From Gaiellales bacterium (GTDB taxonomy: Bacteria > Actinomycetota > Thermoleophilia > Gaiellales > Gaiellaceae): DNA of 64,000 bases. Positions 35,523 through 44,730 of this stretch are shown in pieces. The DNA lies in assembly GCA_038237235.1 (NCBI GenBank), contig JBBRYW010000002.1, positions 12,998-76,997 of the forward strand, read 5' to 3'. The position numbers and the translations under genes were made by a program. How positions within the stretch are numbered: position 1 is the stretch's first letter; each line of letters starts with the position of its first letter. The notes beneath the pieces are model-generated. The model saw only the letters and a list, made by a program, of their open reading frames with translations, made no database searches and had not been told where the DNA came from.

Positions 35523-35879
35523 ATGTTGAAGGCGGCGATCATCGTGCTCGCGGATACCGAAACGCATGGCGAGCTCGGACGGCTGGTCAATGCGCTCTCG
35601 ACCGCGGACGAGTTCCGCGAGCACGGCGACGAGGTGACGATCATCTTCGATGGCGCCGGTGTGCGCTGGGCGGCGGAGCTCTCGAACCCCGAGCACCGCC
35701 TGCACGAGACGTTCGAGCGCGTCAGGGACAAGGTCGCAGGCGCCTGCCACTACTGCGCGGGCGCGTTCGAGGTGCGCGACGAACTGGAGCGGATCGGATT
35801 CCCTCTGCTCCGCGAGCGCAAGGGACACCCGAGCCTACGCTCGCTCGTCCACGACGGCTACGAGGTGATCACGTTCTGA
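35523..35879 (+). CDS. DsrE/DsrF-like family protein
   Basis: 118 aa with KAAIIVLADTETHGELGRLVNAL...VTIIFDGAGVRW...GACHYCAGAF. Confidence 0.65.
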   Translation: MLKAAIIVLADTETHGELGRLVNALSTADEFREHGDEVTIIFDGAGVRWAAELSNPEHRLHETFERVRDKVAGACHYCAGAFEVRDELERIGFPLLRERKGHPSLRSLVHDGYEVITF

Positions 35880-36593
35880 TGCGTCGTCGTCTCTGATCCG
35901 GCGGTCGATCTGATCGAGGAGCGCGGCGGCCGCCTCTACGTCTGGCTGAAGAAGGGCCGCTACTGTGGCGCGTTGAGGACGCTTGCGACCTCGAGCGAGC
36001 CTCCGGGAGGGAAGGAGTTCTCCCGCGCCGCGGCCAATGAACGCTTCGAGCTCTACGCTCCTGCGGGACTCGCCCGGCTCCCGGCCGCCATCGACCGGGG
36101 AGATCCGGCAGCTTCGTGTGAGACCCCTGACTGCCATGACCGCCGACAGTGCGAGCAGCGCAATCGACGCGAGGCTGAGCGGCAGGAACCACCGATGCAC
36201 GGCCAGATTGACGCTGAGGGCAGTCGTGCCGCTAGCCCCCAGAAGTCCGGCGAGGGCGGGCACGAGAAGAGGCGAACAGCACGAGACCGCAGCCAGCCCG
36301 GTGAAGGAGCTGACGGCGAGCCCGGCGCCGGCTCGGGCGCGCGCCGCCGCCCGCAGTCGTCGTAGCGCCGCAAGCTGAAGTGGGACGACGAGGCTGAACT
36401 CGAGGCTCATCGCACAGATGGCGGCTGCCCGTGATGGTTGAAGGTCCCAGTAGAGGCCACCGATCGGGGAGCGCACGACAACCTGTCCCGCCCACGACAG
36501 CAAGACTGCGCTTCCCGCAGCGACGACACCGGCGAGGGCCAGGTTGAACGGGTCTCGGAAGACCTCTGCGGCAGTGCTTGGGGAGGGTCTCAC
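35835..36593 (-). CDS. Polytopic membrane protein with TM vicinal-Cys motif, coupled to the DUF929 gene
   Basis: The GTG at 36593 overlaps the DUF929 TGA. It has several TM helices, one with AAVSCCSPLLVPALAG. The 3' 200 nt are doubtful because a better-looking (+) ORF lies at 35889-36090. Confidence 0.45.
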   Translation of the reverse strand: MRPSPSTAAEVFRDPFNLALAGVVAAGSAVLLSWAGQVVVRSPIGGLYWDLQPSRAAAICAMSLEFSLVVPLQLAALRRLRAAARARAGAGLAVSSFTGLAAVSCCSPLLVPALAGLLGASGTTALSVNLAVHRWFLPLSLASIALLALSAVMAVRGLTRSCRISPVDGGREPGESRRSVELEAFIGRGAGELLPSRRLARGRKRPQRATVAALLQPDVEAAAALLDQIDRRIRDDDASERDHLVAVVDERA

Positions 36594-37450
36594 GACAACT
36601 GGTTCTGGAGGGCGGTAACAGTCGTCGCGGAGCAGACCGCTGCCGGCTTTTCGCCGGTCAGCTTGCACAGCAGCGCCGTGATCGCGTCGGCCTCCGCGTC
36701 GATCGCCTTGACGGTCGGGTTGCGGACGCCTGCCGCCAGCGCTTGGCGGAGCTTGTCGAAGCTCTGACCCTTGAGCAGTCCGGGCGAGAACGCCAGCCCG
36801 ACCGTGTACTGACCGCCCGACCCACTGGCGACGGTGAACGGAATACTGCCCCCGGGGTCGTAGCTGTTCACGAGGCCGTTCTCGAGGCCGTCGAGCGACT
36901 CGAGCTTGTTGCCGGAGACGTCCGCGACCTCCTTGTGGCGCAGGGAGATGAGATCGCTTCGGTAGTGGGCGCCCGCGAGATCGTAGGTGGGAAGGCTGGC
37001 GAAGCCGTCGACGCCGCCCTGGCTCTGGAGAGAGCGCAGGTTGGTCCAGGTGCCGAACCGAGAGGTGGCCCTGACAAACGCCCATCGATCCGCCGCGCAG
37101 AACGGGCAGAACTGGCCGCCCATGAAGAACACGACCGGCTTTCCCGCCTCCACCAAGGGCGCGTCCGAAACCCGCTGGATCGCGCCGAGCGCGCGAGAGG
37201 CGTCACCGGCCGAGGAGGCCAGGGGGCCGCCCTTGCTGTGGAATGCACTGGCGCTCTCGACGCCCCCGCCGCCCCGGCCGATCACGGCCAGCGCCCCGAC
37301 GACGACAGCTGCCGCAGCGGCCACCACGAGGGCCCAGGCCCAGAGGGAGTGGCCAGCAGCGATTCCCGGGCGGCGCTCGGTGTCCTTCGCACCCCGCTGC
37401 GCCTGCGCACGCATCTGCTGCCGCGCCTGTTTTGCCTTCCGCTGACTCAC
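36590..37450 (-). CDS. DUF929-family thioredoxin-like membrane-anchored protein
   Basis: GGAAGGAG lies 7 nt before the GTG at 37450. There is one TM helix, then PVVFFMGGQFCPFCAADRWAF...SLPTYDLAGAHY. Confidence 0.75.
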   Translation of the reverse strand: MSQRKAKQARQQMRAQAQRGAKDTERRPGIAAGHSLWAWALVVAAAAAVVVGALAVIGRGGGGVESASAFHSKGGPLASSAGDASRALGAIQRVSDAPLVEAGKPVVFFMGGQFCPFCAADRWAFVRATSRFGTWTNLRSLQSQGGVDGFASLPTYDLAGAHYRSDLISLRHKEVADVSGNKLESLDGLENGLVNSYDPGGSIPFTVASGSGGQYTVGLAFSPGLLKGQSFDKLRQALAAGVRNPTVKAIDAEADAITALLCKLTGEKPAAVCSATTVTALQNQLS

Positions 37451-37576
37451 CGACCGGCTCCTTCCTCGTTGTGCGATCCGGGAGATCCGACGCCCACATC
37501 CATCAGATGCAATCCACCGGGCGATCGATTCCAGCCGCCGCAGCGCAGCCGAAACTCTGCGACTAGCCTCCTGAGG

Positions 37577-38446
37577 ATGTTGTTCAGCTCGGCGCGTCTT
37601 CTTGTCGGCTTCGCCGCCCTCGCGATTGCCCTGGTACAGGGTGCACCAGCCGCTGACGCCGGTTTCGTGATCGAACGAAACCTCGTCTACCGACACGTCG
37701 GGAGTAGGACGCTGGCGCTCGATGCGTACGTACCATCGGCCGCGCACGGCCTGCGAGCTGCAGTCATGTTCGTCCATGGCGGCGGCTGGCAGGCCGGCGA
37801 CAAGACGACCTTCGCGCCAGGACAGCGACCTTTCGCCCCGACAGCGCTTCAACTCGTACGCGCGGGCTTCGCGGTCTTCTCGATCGACTATCGGCTCGCA
37901 CCGAAGGACCGGTTCCCCGCTGCCGTCTCCGACGTCGGCGCGGCGGTGGAGTGGCTGCGTACGCATGCGGCGAGGTTCCATGTCGACCCGCGCCGGCTCG
38001 CGCTCTTCGGCGCCTCCGCCGGGGGAAATCTCGCCGCCCTCGCCGCCACCGAACGACACGGACGCCTTGACCGCGGCGCGCGCGTACGTGCGGCCGTGTC
38101 GTGGTCCGGACCGATGGATCTCCGCCGCTTCGACGCCGAACTTGGTGGCCCGACGCGCCGCCCGTTCGTCGAGAGCTATCTGGGCTGTCCGCCTACGATC
38201 TGTCCCGGCCGATACAAGGCTGCCTCTCCCGTCACACACATCGACTCCACCGACCCGCCAACCCTGATCGCGAACAGCACCCACGAGATCGTTCCACTCG
38301 CCCAGGCAGAAGAGATGGCCAGGCGGCTAGCCGACGCGCACGTCCCGCACCAGCTCCTGATCATCCAGGGCAGCCGCCACGCCGCCGACTATCAAGCCGA
38401 AGCCTGGGCCGCGACCGTCCGCTTCCTGCGTCGCTATCTACACTGA
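37577..38446 (+). CDS. Secreted alpha/beta-hydrolase (esterase/lipase, HGGG type)
   Basis: Signal peptide, VMFVHGGGWQAGDK, the nucleophile elbow LFGASAGGNLA and C-terminal GSRHA. Confidence 0.8.
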   Translation: MLFSSARLLVGFAALAIALVQGAPAADAGFVIERNLVYRHVGSRTLALDAYVPSAAHGLRAAVMFVHGGGWQAGDKTTFAPGQRPFAPTALQLVRAGFAVFSIDYRLAPKDRFPAAVSDVGAAVEWLRTHAARFHVDPRRLALFGASAGGNLAALAATERHGRLDRGARVRAAVSWSGPMDLRRFDAELGGPTRRPFVESYLGCPPTICPGRYKAASPVTHIDSTDPPTLIANSTHEIVPLAQAEEMARRLADAHVPHQLLIIQGSRHAADYQAEAWAATVRFLRRYLH

Positions 38447-38477
38447 AGAAGAACAGCCACGCACGGCGACCTGCGGA

Positions 38478-38925
38478 TCAGCTCGCGCGCCGGAGCCGAA
38501 GCACCGGACGACACATACGTTGCCGCCGCCGCCCGATCTGGAGTGTGATCGAGAGAAGGAGAGCGCCGAGTCCGGCGTAGAACGTGATCGGCTCGGCCCG
38601 CGCCGCGGTGTGAGCATGGTTCATCGCCATCATGGTCATCGAGTCGCTGCCACCGCCGCCGAGTTCGAACATGCTCAGGTAAAGCAGCAGGCTGCCGACG
38701 GCAGCAAGCAGGGCGACGACGCGGGAGCAAGCAAGCGCGCCGGCGATCAGCAGGATCGCCGAGACGATAAAAGAGTGGCTGCGCCGCACCGGCGAAGGCG
38801 CCCGAGCCGCTGATCCCGACCGCCCCGACCGCGCCGGCAAAGCCAGTGGGGAGCGAGGTGGCCATCGCCGCGCAGCCCAGGGCCGTACCGGCTGTCCCGA
38901 ACATCGTCAACAGCGGTCTCGGCAT
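38478..38925 (-). pseudogene. Small polytopic membrane protein, apparent frameshift near 38790
   Basis: MPRPLLTMFGTAGTALGCAAMATSLPTGFAGAVGAVGISGSGAFAG is in one frame. SFIVSAILLIAGALACSRVVALLAAVGSLLLYLSMFELGGGG... is in the next. Confidence 0.4.
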
Positions 38926-38954
38926 CGCAGGGCCAGGGTAGCCTCGGGAGCGAG

Positions 38955-39707
38955 ATGGAGCCAACAACTGACCTCGAGCGCGGCAGCGCGGCGCTCGCCG
39001 TGGAGCGGCTGACAAAGATCTACGACGACGGAACGACGGCGCTCGACGAACTCGACCTGCGTATCCCCGTCGGCTCGTTCTTCGGGCTACTCGGCCCGAA
39101 CGGTGCCGGGAAAACGACGCTGATCGGTGCAACCGCCGGGCTCGTCCGTATCCCCGCGGGACGCATCTTCGTGTTCGGCCACGACGCCGCAGTCGACCTC
39201 AGATCGCGTCTGCTCCTCGGCGTCGCGCCACAAGAGGTGCGCCTCGACCGATTCCTGACCGCGCGCGAAGTCCTTACCTATCACGGGCGCTATTTCGGGA
39301 TGCCGAAGCTCGAGGCCGAGCAGCGCGCCGACCACCTGCTCGAGGCCTTCGACCTGAACGTGAAGGCGAAGACGAAGCCGAACCGGCTCTCCGGCGGCAT
39401 GCGGCGGCGGCTGCTGATCGCCCGTGCGCTTGTCCATCACCCCCGGCTCGTCATCCTCGACGAGCCGACCGCAGGAGTCGACCTCGAGCTCCGTTACGAG
39501 CTCTGGCGCTATCTGCGCAGCCTGCACGTCGAAGGCGCAACGGTGCTGCTGACGACGCACTACATCGAGGAGGCCGAAGCGCTCTGCGAGCGGGTCGCCT
39601 TCATCCGCGCCGGCCGGATCATCTCCGAGGGCGCCCCGACCGAACTGATCGACCGCTACGGCGGCGACCGGCTCGAGGATGCCTACCTCGAGGCGATGCG
39701 GCTATGA
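38955..39707 (+). CDS. ABC transporter ATP-binding protein (ABC-2/DrrA-like)
   Basis: Walker A GLLGPNGAGKTT, signature LSGGMRRRL and Walker B LVILDEPTAGVD. Confidence 0.9.
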   Translation: MEPTTDLERGSAALAVERLTKIYDDGTTALDELDLRIPVGSFFGLLGPNGAGKTTLIGATAGLVRIPAGRIFVFGHDAAVDLRSRLLLGVAPQEVRLDRFLTAREVLTYHGRYFGMPKLEAEQRADHLLEAFDLNVKAKTKPNRLSGGMRRRLLIARALVHHPRLVILDEPTAGVDLELRYELWRYLRSLHVEGATVLLTTHYIEEAEALCERVAFIRAGRIISEGAPTELIDRYGGDRLEDAYLEAMRL

Positions 39708-40486
39708 GCACCGCAGAGCTGCGGATCCGGCAGCGTCGCGCTACGGCCGCGCTCGCGGGCCGCGAGACGCGACGCGTCCTCGCGCTCTGGACGCAGACGA
39801 TCCTCCCACCGGTCCTCACCGCGATCCTCTTCCTCGCCGTCTTCGGCGGTGCGCTCGGAAACCGCATCCACCACGTCGAGGGACTTCCCTACCTGAGCTT
39901 CATCCTTCCCGGTCTCCTCGTGATGACCGTGGCGGCACAGTCGTTCGCGAACTGCTCGACGAGCCTCTTTCAAGCAAAGAACGAGGGCTACATCGAAGAC
40001 ATCCTCACCTCACCGCTCCGGCCCTGCCAGCTCGTCCTCTCCTACCTCAGCGGCGGCCTCGTCCGCGGCCTCCTGGCCGCTCTCGCCGTCGCGCTCCTCG
40101 CGCTGCCGTTCGCGCACGAGTCCCGCCACCCCGCGCTCACCACACTCGCGCTGCTGCTGACCGGGCTCGTGTTCTCCTCCCTCGGAGTGATCACCGGGAT
40201 CTGGGCCGAAACGTTTGACCAGCACGCCTTCGTCGCGAACATCGTGATCACGCCGCTCGCGCTCGTCGGCGGCGTCTTCTACTCCGCGCGCACCCTTAAC
40301 CAACCGTGGGCCACCCTCACACGGATCGACCCCCTCTACTACCTCGTCGACGCGACGCGGGCAGGACTCACCGGCTTCAACGAAGCAACCATCTGGGTCT
40401 CGATTCTCGTCACAGCCGCAGTAGCAGCCGGAGCGTTTCTCATCGCCACCACGGCGATCACCCGCGGCTGGCGGCTGAAGCCGTAG
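39704..40486 (+). CDS. ABC-2 type transporter permease
   Basis: 260 aa with six predicted TM helices. It overlaps the ATPase stop by 4 nt. Confidence 0.85.
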   Translation: MSTAELRIRQRRATAALAGRETRRVLALWTQTILPPVLTAILFLAVFGGALGNRIHHVEGLPYLSFILPGLLVMTVAAQSFANCSTSLFQAKNEGYIEDILTSPLRPCQLVLSYLSGGLVRGLLAALAVALLALPFAHESRHPALTTLALLLTGLVFSSLGVITGIWAETFDQHAFVANIVITPLALVGGVFYSARTLNQPWATLTRIDPLYYLVDATRAGLTGFNEATIWVSILVTAAVAAGAFLIATTAITRGWRLKP

Positions 40487-40668
40487 CTTACTTTCCTCAT
40501 TCGTCTGCTTGGTCTGTAAATCAGCGGGCGTGCGCCAATAGTCCGGACCAACCGTAGTCCGGACCAACCGCACACGCTGACCTTGGCCGCGTCGCACTCG
40601 CTTCACGGGTCTGAGAAAGCGAGATTTCGCTCAAGAGAGAGCACGCCAGCTAGCGTAGGCGAGAGCTG

Positions 40669-41273
40669 TCAGCCAAAGACATCCGAAAGCGCCTTTGCGT
40701 CGAGCAGGAGTGTCCCGGCGATCCCGAGGGCGATCACGGCGTAGCCGGTGCGTGGCCTGCGGCGCACTGTCGGTGGTGTCAGGCGGTCGATCAAGGCTGC
40801 CCCGGCAACGCCGGAGAGGAAGAACACGATCGCAAACAGGCAGACGCTGAGCAGCCTGGGAACGATCGCGAAGTCTTCCTTGTTTCCCTCGATGGTGATC
40901 GCAGTGGCGCCCAGAGCGACCAGTGCGCCGAAGCTTGCGGCCCGAGGGCCGGGCCTTCGCGGCAGCCATGGTCTGAGCACGACGTAGGCCAGCCCGAAGA
41001 GAGATCCGAGAAACGCGCCCGCCAGCATTACCCCGGTCAGGGTTCCCCGGTGGTAACTCGCCCGACTGTCGCGCCGGAAGCGGTGGTGAAACCAAATCTC
41101 GACCGGTCTGCGAGAGCGATGATGCGCATCGCGATTCGCGATCCGCCGCCGGCAACGAGGAATCCGGTGGCCGCACCGCCGACAATGCCCATTCCTACCC
41201 GCCGAAGGCCGGCCATCCTGGCAAGGGACGTCTGCGATCTCGTCACTCGCAAGCCACTCATCGCAACTAGCAC
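40669..41273 (-). pseudogene. Membrane protein, apparent frameshift near 41040
   Basis: MGIVGGAATGFLVAGGGSRIAMRIIALADRSRFGFTTASGATVGRVT is in one frame. LTGVMLAGAFLGSLFGLAYVVLRPWLP...TM helices are in another. The switch is at a C-run. Confidence 0.4.
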
Positions 41274-41541
41274 ACGTACCCCCGCAACGAAGCTCGGTCA
41301 AGTCCCAACCCGACCGAATCGTCCATCGCGCGCTGATTCGCGTCTTTTCGTGAGACGAACACTGACCCAGGCCGAGGAGAAGACCCCCCAAGTGGGCGTC
41401 TACGCGCTACCGGGGTCCGGGTCTCACGAATTCTTCGCAACGCCGCAGGGACGCGACCCCGCCACAGGCCGCATCTTGGGACAAAGTTGCATTTCTCGTT
41501 CTCAGATCTGCGTACTCAACATCAGTTTTTGCAGGCCTTTT

Positions 41542-41585
41542 AGAGCGGATGAAGGGACTCGAACCCTCGACCTTCTGCATGGCAA
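41542..41585 (-). repeat. att-type direct repeat 2: exact copy of the 3' 44 bp of tRNA-Gly(GCC)
   Basis: agagcggatgaagggactcgaaccctcgaccttctgcatggcaa. It is identical to 59962-60005. Confidence 0.9.
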
Positions 41586-41706
41586 AACTCGACGGCGCGT
41601 CTGCGCGGCCGACCGTTCTTGCCTGAAAAGCGCTACTGAGCAGGGATGTCTAGGCTCGCTCGTCTGGGTTGATCTGCGCCCGAAAGTGGCCTTCTGCGCC
41701 TCTGCT

Positions 41707-41725
41707 GTACCATCCACGTACCATG
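41707..41725 (+). repeat. Terminal 19-bp repeat of island 2 (left copy), candidate integrase arm-type site
   Basis: gtaccatccacgtaccatg, versus gtaccacccacgtaccatg at 59883-59901. Same orientation, one mismatch. Confidence 0.6.
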
Positions 41726-41816
41726 GAGTTGTCGCCTGTTTAGCTAACAGGCAACACTCTTTCGCACCTTGGTGCATATGCGTCTCGGCGCTGGTCGGTG
41801 CCGGATTGGAGCCAGC

Positions 41817-44681
41817 GTGCTGAGCGTGGCGAAGCTGACGGTGGGCCAGGAGACCTACTACGAGCAGCAGGTCGCGGCTGGGCTCGACGACTACTACGCT
41901 GGCCGCGGCGAGTCGCCGGGGATCTGGTCCGGCCGCGGGGCCGAGCTACTCGGCCTTGGGGGCGTGGTCGAGGAGGGCGAGCTCGGCACGCTTCTTCGCG
42001 GCGTCGACCCAGCGAGCGCGGCGCGGCTGCGGACTCCGGTGCGCGAGCGGACGATCACCGTTCGCGTGCTCGACACTGAGAGCGGCGAGTGGCGGGAGGA
42101 GACGAAGCGGCTCGCGCCGGTCTCGGGTTTCGACCTCGTCTTCTCGTGCCCGAAGAGCGTCAGCATCCTGCACGCGCTCACCGACGACGAGCGTGTGCGC
42201 CAGGAGATCAGCGAGGCGCACGAGGCGTCGTGGCAGGCGGCGCTCGGCTATCTCGAGCGCGAGGCCTGCGTCGTGCGTCGCGACCGCGGCGGCGCGATCC
42301 GGGAGCACGGCGGCGGCTTCGTCGCGGCCGCCTTCCGGCATCGCACGAGTCGGGCACAGGATCCCCACCTACACACGCACGCGATCGTGGCGAACGTGGC
42401 CCGCTCCGCCGACGGCGAGTGGCGCGCGCTCGACGGCGAGGCGATCCTGCGGACGTACCGGCTCACCGCCGGCTACCTCTACGAGGCGAACCTCCGCCAC
42501 GAGCTCGCGCAGCGGCTCGGTGTCGGCTGGACGCAGCCGGTCAAGGGCATGGCCGAGCTCGAGGGCGTCCCCGAGGAGGCGATGCGCGCCTTCTCGACTC
42601 GGCGGCAATCGCTGCTCGAGCACATGGAAGCGCGCGGGTCGGAAGGCTTCGCGGCTAGCCGAGTCGCCGCGCTCGCAACGCGGGAGGCGAAGGAGCAGGT
42701 TGATCTTCCTCGGCTGCGGGAGGAGTGGACGGCGCGAGCCGCCGAGCACGGGCTCGGCCGTCGCGAGTTGCGCGCACTCGCGGGTCCACCCCGCCCCGAT
42801 CGAGCGATCGACCTCGGCGACGCCGCGGAGCAACTACTCGGCCGCGACGGCCTCACAGCGAAGCAGACGACGTTCACGATGCCAGAGCTCGTCTACGCCG
42901 TCGCCGGCGCGGTCCGCCACGGCGCCAGCACCGAAGATGTGCTCGGGACGGCGGAGAAGCTGTCGGCGTTCCCGAGTGTCGAGCTGGTCGAGCCCGAGTG
43001 TGCGCCAGGACGGCCCGCTCGATTCACGACGCGCGAGTTGCTCGAGGTCGAACGGGAGGCTCTCGAGATCGCACTGGCCGGTCGCAACGTTGATGCACCT
43101 CGCGTAGCTCCGGGCGGCGTCCCGATCGAACAACGCGCCGAACTCACGGACGAGCAGCGGATCCTCGTGCGCGAGGCGTGTGTGAGCCGCGACCGTATCG
43201 TCTGCGCCGTCGGTGTCGCGGGCTCAGGAAAGACAACCGCCCTTCGCGTCCTCGGCGCGGCCTACCGCCAGGCAGGCATCCCAGTCCTCGGCGCCGCGCC
43301 CAGTGGCCGGGCCGCCGACGAGCTCGCAACCGCGACGGGCATCCGCAGCACGACCATGCACCGGCTCCTCGTGGACGCGCAGCATCAAGGCGGTCTGCCG
43401 CGCGGCTGCGTCGTGGTCGTCGACGAGGCGGGCATGGCCGAGACGCGCGTTCTCACGCCGCTTCTCCGGCTGATCGACGATGTCGGAGGGAAGGCGATCC
43501 TGGTCGGCGACCCCGGCCAACTTCCGGCCGTCGGCGCCGGCGGACTCTTCCCCGCCCTCTGTGACCGCCTCGGCGTCATCGGCCTGTCGGAGAATCACCG
43601 CCAGCACGACCCGGTGGAGCGCGACGCGCTCGCGCAGCTCCGCTCCGGCGACCCCAAGCCGTACCTCGCCCATGCTGTGTCGAGCGGACGGCTGCACCTC
43701 GAGGACGACGCGACCTCGGCCAAGAGCCGACTCCTCCAAGACTGGTGGCGGGCGGCGGAGCGCGACCTTGACGGAACGGTCATGCTCGCCTACCGGCGCG
43801 ACGATGTCCGCGAGCTCAACGACGCCGCCCGCGACCTGATGCTGAGCGCCGGTCGGCTCGGACCCGAGGCGCTCCAGTTCGACCGCCGCGAGTTCCGTGC
43901 CGGTGATCGCGTCATCTGCCGGCAAAACGATGCGCGCTGCGACGTCCGGAACGGCACGCGCGGGACGGTTGTCGATCTGGATGTCGCGGGCGAGACCCTC
44001 CTGCTTCGGACGGACGCCGGCGCCCTAAGCCACATCAGTTCCCTGTACGCAGCCGAGCACCTTAACCACGCCTACGCCCTCACGGGCCATGCTTCCCAGG
44101 GCGCGACCGTCGACCGCGCCTTCGTGCTCCTCAGCGACGAGGGCGTGCTCCGCGAGTGGGGCTACGTCGCCTGTTCCCGCGCACGTGAGGAGACGCGCCT
44201 CTACATCGCCAGCGACGCGCACGAACGAGAGACGCACGGACGCGACCTCGAGCCGACGCACGCTTCGGTACGGATCGCCCGTAGGCTGACCGCACCGTCG
44301 TGCGAGCAGCTCGCGCTCGAAAGCGCAGCGGTTCCTTCGCCTAGCGATGCCAGCCTCCTTGCCCTCGCTCACCGCCGGGAACAGCTGGAACGCCCGCGTT
44401 GCCGAGCCGAAGAACGCCTCACCGAGGCCGAGACGAAGCTCGAGCAGCTCGGCTGGCGTGGCCGCCGGAGACATGGCGCCGAACTTCGAGCCGAGATCGG
44501 CTTTCAACGCGCGGCGTTCAGCATCGCGGCCAAGCAACTCGCGGAGATCCCGTCCGTCCCTCTACCGCCGACCTCGCGACGAGCCGATCAGGCCCCCGAC
44601 CGGGCCACGTCTCGTGAGCATGCATTCGTGAACCATCACACGCCGGCGCCGGAACCGCGCGGACTCGACCTAGGGCTCTGA
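41817..44681 (+). CDS. MobF/TrwC-type conjugative relaxase fused to RecD-like helicase
   Basis: The GTG at 41817 follows GGAG. Motifs are LSVAKLTVGQETYYEQQVAAGLDDYY, FDLVFSCPKSVS, HRTSRAQDPHLHTHAIVAN (3-His), Walker A GVAGSGKTT and VVVDEAGM. Confidence 0.9.
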   Translation: MLSVAKLTVGQETYYEQQVAAGLDDYYAGRGESPGIWSGRGAELLGLGGVVEEGELGTLLRGVDPASAARLRTPVRERTITVRVLDTESGEWREETKRLAPVSGFDLVFSCPKSVSILHALTDDERVRQEISEAHEASWQAALGYLEREACVVRRDRGGAIREHGGGFVAAAFRHRTSRAQDPHLHTHAIVANVARSADGEWRALDGEAILRTYRLTAGYLYEANLRHELAQRLGVGWTQPVKGMAELEGVPEEAMRAFSTRRQSLLEHMEARGSEGFAASRVAALATREAKEQVDLPRLREEWTARAAEHGLGRRELRALAGPPRPDRAIDLGDAAEQLLGRDGLTAKQTTFTMPELVYAVAGAVRHGASTEDVLGTAEKLSAFPSVELVEPECAPGRPARFTTRELLEVEREALEIALAGRNVDAPRVAPGGVPIEQRAELTDEQRILVREACVSRDRIVCAVGVAGSGKTTALRVLGAAYRQAGIPVLGAAPSGRAADELATATGIRSTTMHRLLVDAQHQGGLPRGCVVVVDEAGMAETRVLTPLLRLIDDVGGKAILVGDPGQLPAVGAGGLFPALCDRLGVIGLSENHRQHDPVERDALAQLRSGDPKPYLAHAVSSGRLHLEDDATSAKSRLLQDWWRAAERDLDGTVMLAYRRDDVRELNDAARDLMLSAGRLGPEALQFDRREFRAGDRVICRQNDARCDVRNGTRGTVVDLDVAGETLLLRTDAGALSHISSLYAAEHLNHAYALTGHASQGATVDRAFVLLSDEGVLREWGYVACSRAREETRLYIASDAHERETHGRDLEPTHASVRIARRLTAPSCEQLALESAAVPSPSDASLLALAHRREQLERPRCRAEERLTEAETKLEQLGWRGRRRHGAELRAEIGFQRAAFSIAAKQLAEIPSVPLPPTSRRADQAPDRATSREHAFVNHHTPAPEPRGLDLGL

Positions 44682-44730
44682 GGCGCCGCGCAATATTCAG
44701 CGACCTCTGTTCACGAGCCAAACCGGCCTG

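Larger units (their letters stand above)
15734..41541. mobile_element. Genomic island 1 (about 25.8 kb, integrase-less, metal/redox-stress cargo), bounded by tRNA-Gly 3' repeats
   Basis: Flanked by direct repeats 1 and 2. It holds a mer-like operon, ECF sigma pairs, copper proteins and several broken genes. No recombinase is visible. Confidence 0.55.
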
